Program-made: the position numbers and the translations under genes
The notes under the pieces: generated by a model
The model's input: only the letters and a program-made list of their open reading frames with translations
What the model was told of the DNA's origin: nothing
The model's database searches: none
Origin: the human T2T-CHM13v2.0 reference genome, Homo sapiens
NCBI RefSeq assembly: GCF_009914755.1
Contig: NC_060925.1
Strand: one strand, 5' to 3'
Length of the DNA stretch: 64,000 nucleotides
Part shown: one piece after another, positions 53,281 through 64,000 of the stretch
How the letters are laid out: each line of letters begins with the position of its first letter
Numbering within the stretch: the first letter of the stretch is position 1

Positions 53281-55226
53281 CTCCTCCAACTGGTAGCACT
53301 TCACTTCTAATGTGGTATTTTACCAACTTGGCTCCACAGAATCTAGGAGATTCATGGAGTATGCTCAAGAATTATGGAAGGTTGTTTTTCTCAAAATAAA
53401 TCTGTACATTTCTTAAGTTTTCAAAAGCATAGGCTTTGGAATAATATCATTTGGGGTCAAATCTAGAGAAGGTTCCTATTGGTAAAGTAACATAAGGGGT
53501 GTTTCTTTTCTGCTTCTGTTATAATGGGATATTGGTCTCCTTTGTGGGTTATTGTCAGAGTGTGATGACGCGACATATGTTCACTGCTTGGCATACCATA
53601 TTCAGTGAGGTTGCTCCCTCTTCCTTTCCAATTCCCCATTCCCCATCTTCCTCTTGTCAGGTGGGTACAAGGTGTGTGCTAACAAAGGTAGCTAAACTGG
53701 TAGAACTACAAAGAGAAGCACAATCATTAGGTTCACTAATTACTGCTATCTGCCAAATAGACCATTTACTTAGAAGTGATAGCATTCCGTATGTGGACTG
53801 GATCATTCAAAAGAGACAAATGTTTGTAGACAGATGCAGAGATGTGCTGAGAATAAAGACAAGAGAAAGAAAGAATATTATATTCTTATGGCAGACAAAA
53901 GACAAATGATTCTAATTTTGATTCTGCCATAAACTTGTGCTGTGTTCTGGGACAAGTCTGAGCTTCCATTTTTATGCCTAAAATTAAGGAATTTTAGTAG
54001 ATCAACAGTTTTAATTTTTTTTAGACATAGAATCATTTCATCAATAAAACATATACCCAAAAAAGCAAATTAGTTTCAGGAAGCATGACAACTTTGACCA
54101 ATTCACAGTGACTCTCTGGGGCCTAATGTGGAGAAGGATTTTACAATGAGAGAAATCTGTGATTGATTAGCAATGTCTGCCAGGGTCACAAAAAGCAGAC
54201 AGGCCTCCCTGTGAAGACCATCCTGTCCAGAAGACAAATATGATAAGCAGATATAGAGGAATATTTCAGGCTGAACCAGGAGAGATGCCTAAGCCTGGTT
54301 TACTCTCTTCAGCAAGCCATCCTACTATAGAAAATTCCCCCTAGCCTTTCTTAGTCTCTATGTTTCTAAATCTTGGAGGTAATATACTTTTTAAAAACTA
54401 TCCAATAGCTAAGACCGTGAGAAGAATTTGATATATAATTACTAAAATTATTCCAATCAAACTCAGCAGATAAAGCAAGAGTAATATATTTTATATTGTC
54501 ATTAGACCCAGCCACTACAATAACATTTTTGCCTAAAGCCTCATTTTAATTAAGAGACAAGAAATAAATTAGGCTTCCTAGAAACAGGGGTTAGTACCAG
54601 CTCATCATATTTGGCTGTGGGATATTTAGTCTTCTCTTAGAGACACCTGCTCCATGTAATTTACTGTCTTGTGGGATGTTTTAATAGCCTTTTTCTAAGG
54701 GATGAATAATGTCCCACTGTATTGTTCAGGAGCAAAAAATGGCCACTGCTGGGTGAGATGCTTAGCAACTTTTACTATGTCAAAGAGATTTTCCAAACTC
54801 AGCAATCTGAGGCGGTAGAAATTCATCATTGCATTCATCAGGTGCCTCAGTACCACATAGCACAGGGAATCTGCTCCAGCAGATAAAGAAACAACCCTCA
54901 TTAAAGTCCTAGGGAGACATCTGCCTTAATGCCCACCAAGCCTCCGACACTTGGCACTCTCAGAACTCAGCACCAAGTTCCTTGCCCTGCATACAAAATG
55001 TTTGTTTAAGAGAACAAGAAAAAGATGAAAGGGAAGTAACACTTAATAGCTATACTCATAGTTGCAAATCATATTTTAAGAGAAAGTAAGGGAAACAAAG
55101 CCCACGGGTGAAGGACATTTAACAACATAAATGAATAGTTTATACATATACCTGAAACTTAACTTTAGAGAATGGCACTTCCTTCCTTAAGTTATTTTCA
55201 ATGTTTATCCTTAAAAAGTAGCTTCA

Positions 55227-55610
<384 letters not shown>

Positions 55611-55722
55611 TTAAGATATTATTTTTTAAAAAGAGAGAAAGATTCTAACATTGGTGGTATCCTTCTTGAAAATTCAATATGTTGGGCAAGTCACTTCAAC
55701 AAAACTGGGATTTTAGTATTTA

Positions 55723-56073
<351 letters not shown>

Positions 56074-56354
56074 GAGAGAGAGTCAAAATATTTAAGTCAG
56101 TGTTTTCAAATATTTAGGTTACAAGAGTATAAGCGAAAGGTCCACAAGTATGTTGTGAAGACTAAAAATAGGCCTGCCTTATTCCTCCATGACAAGTAAA
56201 TGCTGCTGCAGTTAAGCAGGTATGAAAGTCATCAGGGAACCCACGCTTCTGTGTCATGCATCTCCACAACCCAAGTGTTTGAACTCTTTCATCTGATGCA
56301 TACATCTCATTTACTCAATCAGCATATAAAAAGATAACTCAGTGCCATCAGTCA

Positions 56355-57130
56355 TGCGCAAATAAAAACCACTATGAAATGCCATTTTACACTCACTAAG
56401 ATGGCTATAATAAAAAAAGACAATAACAAATGTTGGCCAGGATGTGACAAAATCAAAACCCTCATACAGTACTGGTAGGATTGTAAAATGGTGCAGCTGC
56501 TGTGAAAACCAGTCTGGCAGTTCCTCAAAATGAGGTTAAACATAGAGTTACCATATAACCCAGAAATTCCACTCATAGGCATATATATCCAAGAGAAGTA
56601 AAAATACATGTCCACAAGTACATGAATGCTCACAGCAGCATTATTCATAGTAGTCAAAAGCTGGAAACTACCCAAATGTTCATCAACTGAGGTATGGCTA
56701 AGTTAGAATATGGTATATCCATAAAATGCAATATTAGATGACAATAAAAATAAATGATGTTTACAAAAAGAAAAAAGGGAGTATCTATAGCAGGCCTGAA
56801 CCTTGAACATATGCAAAATGAAAGAACCCGCTCATAAAGAACCATAGAGTGTATGATTCCATTTTTATGATATATCCAGAATAGGAAATCCATAGAGAAA
56901 AAAAGGAGAATAGTTATTGCCTAGAACCTGTGAGCCTGGGGAGAAATGGAGAATGAGTATGATAGCTATTGGGTACAGGGTTTCTTTCGGGGGTGATGAA
57001 ATGTCCTAAAATTGATTATGTTGATGGTTGCACAAATCTGTGAATATAATACAAACCATTGAATTATACCTTTTAGATGGACGGAGTGTATGACATGTGA
57101 ATTATATCTCCATAAAACTATAATAAAAGA
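56355..57130 (+). mobile_element. L1MB-type 3' fragment
   Basis: Diverged L1 3' end (atggtgcagctgctgtgaaaac; gatggttgcacaaatctgtgaatata; tgaattatatctccataaa). Confidence 0.85.
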
Positions 57131-57199
57131 AGAAATAACAAGGAAAAATCCCAGAATATTCATAGTCCAGATTAGCCAAATAGGACAATGAATCCATGC

Positions 57200-58800
<1,601 letters not shown>

Positions 58801-59564
58801 AATGATAAAGGACACAGTGTAGATTAATTCTAAGTTCCTTTCCAGCTCTCCGCATCTATGACTCTGTAACCGTCAGTAGCTACTGCCTCCATCTGCTTTC
58901 ATCACTGCAGAGGCAGACAACACCACCCTGCAAGATAGTCGACTTTCAGACTTGAAGCCACATCCATTCTGCTAAAATGCACAGGTGTTTAGCTCTGTTT
59001 CTTTAACCAATGACATGATCATATTACACTAAGCTTATCTTGGTGTCAAAAGCAAAGCTTGGGTTTGATGGCATGAATCAGGAGATGGCCAACAATGCGG
59101 TGCTTGAAGGCTGAAGAGAGTGCTGACTCAGAGTCTCCTTAGCTAGACTGACTGCAAAACTGAATACACAAGGGACTTGCAGAGAGGAAAACAGGGGCAG
59201 AGGAATGCAAGGTGCTCCGTGGTTTCCCCACCTGTCCTTTGACCCTTTGCTGTTTAGGAGAACAGGTGAGTTAGCAGAGAACCCAGGATGGCCGTCAGAG
59301 TGTTTGCTGTGTCTTAGGAAACAGACCCTGGATAGTCGTGCTCTGGTGAATAAACTGTTCAGTTATTTAAATTTATGGCTAAGCATGGTAGGATATCTTC
59401 TTCCAGTTTGGGTTGCAGCTATGGCGTCAGCAGAAATCTACGTAAGACTCAGAAAAACTGGGCCCAAAATGTACACAATCTTCGTTAGGAAATGTTGATG
59501 TAAAACAGCAGAAAATCTCTCAAGCTATAATTTCCAACAATTTGCAGTAAAAAAAAAATTCATC

Positions 59565-60465
59565 TATAAATATATACCATTTATATATAAATGATATATA
59601 TTATTTTAATAATATATCTTTTATAATATGTATAAATTACTTATACATATTTTCTATTATATATAATATTTTGTATTATACATAATATACAATATATTTT
59701 CTATTATATATATTTTGTATTATATATAATATACAATATATTTTCTATTATATATAATATATTTTGTATTATATATATTACAATATATTTTGTATTATAT
59801 AATATATAATACTATATAATATATTGTATTATATAATATATAATACTATATAATATATTGTATTATATATTATATATAATACTATATAATATATTTTATT
59901 ATATATTATATATAATACTATATAATATATTTTATTATATATTATATATAATACAATATATAATATATTGTATTATAATACAATGTATTATAATGTATTA
60001 TATTGTATTATATATTATATATAATACAATATATAATAATATATTATAATATATAATAATAATATAATATAATATAATATATATTGTATTATATATATTA
60101 TATAATACAATATATAATATATTGTATTATATATATTTTATTACATATAATATATAATACATTATATAATATATTTTGTATTATATATAATATATTTTAT
60201 TATATATTATATATAATACAATATATAATATATTTTGTATTGTATATAATATATAATATATTTTGTATTGTATATAATATATAATACAATATATAATATA
60301 TTGTATTATATATAATATTAATATATTTTGTATTATATATTTATATTTTATATTATAATTATGTTTTGCATTATATATTTCATATTATATATACCATATT
60401 TATATATGTCATATTTATATTATATAATAATATATAATATATATAACAGTAATATAATTATAGTT
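59565..60465. repeat. About 900-bp AT-rich degenerate (TA)n/minisatellite
   Basis: Nearly all A/T with recurring tataatatattttgtatta / aatacaatata units. Confidence 0.95.
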
Positions 60466-60661
60466 ATAGCCACACAGAGAATAAAACTGGAACATGAAAG
60501 CTGGGAATTGGGACTTTCCCCTCTCCTTTCCCCCTCCTCTTGCTCCGCCTCTTTCTTCTCTCTTTCTGTCTCTCTGTCTCTCTCTCTCTCTCTCTAACAC
60601 ACACACATACCCCTCTTACTACTTCTCAAGGTCCAAATGTTATGTCCTTCACTTCCTCATG

Positions 60662-60913
60662 TTTACTTCTTCCTGCCTCCTGTCTGTCCATCCATCTATA
60701 CATCTCTCTCTGTCTCTGTCTCTTTCTCTCTCACTCAGCTAGCTTCCCTCTCATTTTTACCTCTTCCTGCCTTCTGTCTGTCCATCCATACATCTCTCTC
60801 TCTCTGTCTCTTTCTCTCTCACTCAGCTAGCTTCCCTCTCATTTTTACCTCTTCCTGCCTTCTGTCTGTCCATCCATACATCTCTCTCTCTGTCTCACTC
60901 AGCTGGCTTCCTC
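60662..60913. repeat. Tandem repeat with about 90-bp unit, about 3 copies
   Basis: Unit tttacctcttcctgccttctgtctgtccatccatacatctctctc...cactcagctagcttccctctcatt. Confidence 0.93.
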
Positions 60914-61606
60914 TGCGTTCAAAAGTCCAAAATGACCTTTATTTCAAATATGCACTGTTCTCTAACAACCTCATCTTTCGATATCCAAATGATAAACTAG
61001 AAAGACAAATGTCCAGTTGTGTCAGACCAGCCTAGGAGGTGGTTTCCTAGTTCTGATGGTTTGCTCTTCATCTTTAACAGAAAGAAAACCAGAAGAGAGA
61101 CAGCAGCAAGAGCTGCAGGCGAGGCTGGGCATGGATTCCAGGGGAAGGAGATGACAGTGGGAGGAATGGCCATCATTCCAAAAGGGCTGGATTGCACAGC
61201 AGGGCAGCATCGCAAGAGTAGGAAGGGCTGTTCAACAATGCGGCCTCCCCTGCAAGAGTCACACCTGTTATTCAGCCTCTGCTTCAGCGTTCCAGAGAGG
61301 AGGCTCCCTGCTGCGGCAAATCCCAATGCTGGACAGCTCTGAGCAGATGATGGTTCTTCTTGGTGTTGGTTCTGAACCCTGCCCCTCTATGTCCACCAGC
61401 CTTTCATTCTAGAAGACACAACCGTCAACTCTGGGAAGACTCGGCAGGGGGCATATTTCTGAAAGTTCTATTTCCACAGATGGTGTGAAATCAGCAAAGG
61501 AAAATGCTGCTTCTGTCCAGACAGCTCTTCCACTCTTTATTCTCACTCTATGAGTCACTGGGTTGACTGTTGATTTCGTTGCTGAACTGGGATTCCTTAA
61601 CTTGCG

Positions 61607-62800
61607 CATTCATTTATTCAATAAATATTTGTTTCATGTTTACAAAATAGTAAGTACTACACTCAACACTGGGCCTTCAGTGTGACAAGAGGCATAGTCT
61701 CTGTCCTCAGGGACCTTGTGGCTTAATGGGATATTATAAAAATAGTCACACAGTGATTATCACCGTGATGAAAGTGCTGTGGGAGAAAATACAGGGAGCT
61801 ATGTGATTGTAGCAGACCAGCCTGGCCTGGGTGATGAGGAATGTCTCTTCTTGGGAAGTGACACAGAAGCTGGAGGACAGGAGCACGAGAGATCAGTCCA
61901 AGTGGGCAGTGACGCTACATCATCAGAGCAAGGAGCACCCCCAAGTCCAGGAGGCAGGAGGGCCTCTGACCAGGTTGAGAAACAAAGAGGACACCAGCCT
62001 GGCTGTGGGTTTAGTGAGCAGCGCAGATTGCAGAGGGCGAGGAGGTTGCAATCACAGCATCAGAGCATGACCCGAAGAACAAAGGAGAGACATTTAAAGA
62101 TTTAAAGCAGGCCAGTGACATTACCATGTTTTTATTTTTAAAAGATTACTCTGCTGGGTGTGGTGGCTCACACCTTTAATTCTGGCACTTTGGGAGGCCA
62201 AGGCGAAAGGATCACTTGAGCTAAGAGTTCAAGACCAGCCTGGGCAACATGGAGAAAGCCCGTCTCTACCAAACAAAATACAAAAAAAACGGTTAGCCAG
62301 GTATGGTGATCCACACCTGTAATCCCAGCTATTGGGGGAGGCTGAGGCAAGAAAACCACCTGAACCCGGGGGTGGAGGTTGCAGTGAGCCAAGATCGTGC
62401 CACTTCACTCCAGCCTGGGCAACAGAGTGAGATGCTGTCTTAAAAAAAATAAAAATAAAATAAATTACTCCGTCTGCTCTATAGACAGTAGGTCAGGGGA
62501 AAGGAAGAGTGAATGGGGAGAAACCAGGTAGGAAGTACCTTCAAACTCCAAAAGACAGACCGTGGCAATTTGGACTAGAGTGGGAAAGTTGGGCAGCAGA
62601 TTTGGAAAGAAACTGACACATTTTAAGTCTATTTTAGGCAGAATTAGAAGACTCTGTGATTATATGGAAGGGAGTATGAGAGGTGATTCTTTGCAAGACA
62701 TATTTATGGAAATGGAGAGCCATAGCACTGGAGAAAGGTAGTGACTTCAGTGTGCCATCCAGTACGTAAACGACTCACAGACATCCAAATGGAGACGTCA
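61607..62800 (-). mobile_element. L2 fragments interrupted by an Alu
   Basis: L2 3' end cattcatttattcaataaatatttg and aaagattactc...gtctgctctatag split by the Alu. Confidence 0.65.
62153..62461 (+). mobile_element. AluJb/S-like element
   Basis: Complete dimer; imperfect TSD aa(g)attactc(t/c)g. Confidence 0.92.
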
Positions 62801-62843
62801 GGACTCTAAATGGGGAAAATGCTGAAGGCCAACGTCTGGAGCA

Positions 62844-63174
62844 CAGTCACGCATCACTTAATGACAAGAATATATTCTGAGAGATGTATCATTAAGTGAT
62901 TCTGTTACTGTGTGAGCATCATAGAGTGTACTTGCCCAAGCCAAGATGGTATAAGCTGATGCACACCTAGGCTGTGTGGTACAGCCTATTGCTCCTAAGC
63001 TACACATCTTTGCAGCACATTACTGTACGGAATACTGCAGGCAATTGTAGCACAATGGTATTTGTGTGTCTAAACATAGGTAAGGTACAGTAAAAATATG
63101 GTATTACAATCTTATAGAACCATCATCATATACGGGGTCCATCACTGACCAAAACGTTATGTGACGCACAACTG
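62844..63174. mobile_element. Tigger3a (MER7A-like) DNA transposon
   Basis: Terminal inverted repeats cagtcacgcatcacttaatg / cgttatgtgacgcacaactg; internal cacacctaggctgtgtggtacagcctattgctccta. Confidence 0.85.
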
Positions 63175-63639
63175 TCATTCTAAATAGAATCTTCTGGGCA
63201 TCCATTATCTAATTCCTCAAAAGCAAACTGTCTTCTATCAAGACTCTCATAGCAAGTCTAGTTCTTTGCTCTTTTGTAACCAGGGAAATGTGATCATCAA
63301 AACACAAACCAACATTTTGTGAAGAAAGGATCTTGAATAAATACGTGTATCTTTGGTGTTTTTTGAAATCGAGACAGTGTCACAACTCAGCCATCATTTT
63401 TCACCCTGACACGACAATTTGATTATACTTTCCTCCCTGCTCATCTTTTTGTTTGTTGTAATCTCTCCACATGAGCAAGTTGATGAGCCTATCGAGGGAG
63501 TATGTGGTCGTTGTGTGATAGCTTCAGCAGGACACACTTACAATTAGGGCCCAATCTAGGAATTATGATGCATGCAAGCATTGCTCTGATAATAAATAGT
63601 ACATGACACTTGCAAAAATAGTTGACCAGAAACCATCTG

Positions 63640-64000
63640 CTCAGAGCCGCAGTGGAGCAGAAGCCCAGGGCGAGGGGCGGTCCTCAGAGCATGCGCCTGT
63701 TGGCCGAGGAACCCAAAGCCCTTGGAGGCAGAGCAGAAAGGACAAAAACAGGACAGGACAGAGGCAGGCATGAGTTCAAGCCTTCTGAATTCCAGATCAC
63801 TTACCTTGTACACCCCAGCCCCTCCTTTCACTTCATCAAAGCCCAAAAATGAGCTTCCCTCTGTTCAGCAGCCAATCTTGAGGGTCTAAGAACACCCTGG
63901 AGTTGGTTCAACCTGCAGATTCCCACCTTTTCGTCACCCGCGGGATGCTTGGAGTCAGCCACCTGGGGTGCGCTGGGGAGTCTGCACTCACAATGACTGA
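63640..64000 (-). promoter_or_regulatory. CpG-retaining regulatory region with a consensus minus-strand splice donor (candidate exon end at 63805)
   Basis: AAG|gtaagt on the - strand; GC box ggggcgg and gcatgcgc (NRF1-like) just inside the putative intron; raised CpG density. Confidence 0.4.

Noticed and set aside
53561-53640. GTGATGA box C suggesting a C/D snoRNA
   Set aside because: No CTGA box D at a suitable distance and no terminal stem.
59858-60606. Y/I/N-rich ORFs
   Set aside because: Translations of the TA-rich repeat.

Overview
This is primate, almost certainly human or great-ape, non-coding DNA. It carries Alu, SVA, L1PA, LTR12 and MaLR repeats and no recognisable protein-coding exon. 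The only ORFs that match real proteins are decayed L1 ORF2 fragments; the rest are repeat-derived, low-complexity or unrecognised. A large part of the window is transposon relics: about 14 Alu/FLAM copies, one 5'-truncated SVA, a twin-primed (5'-inverted) L1PA, older L1M and L2 pieces, several solo LTRs and Tigger/MER DNA elements. Unique sequence holds two candidate minus-strand exon/promoter units, at about 10.7-11.25 kb and about 63.6-64 kb. All L1 and SVA insertions lie on the + strand, consistent with an intron or 5' region of a minus-strand gene that I could not identify. The most unusual items are (i) a 124-bp, 95%-identical inverted duplication of apparently unique DNA around a 416-bp spacer at 15.2-15.9 kb and (ii) a polyadenylated MaLR LTR fragment flanked by a 16-bp target-site duplication (TSD), which implies an LTR-terminated RNA retroposed by L1. 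I see no evidence for a new multi-gene system. Repeat subfamily names come from recalled consensus sequences and need RepeatMasker/Dfam confirmation.
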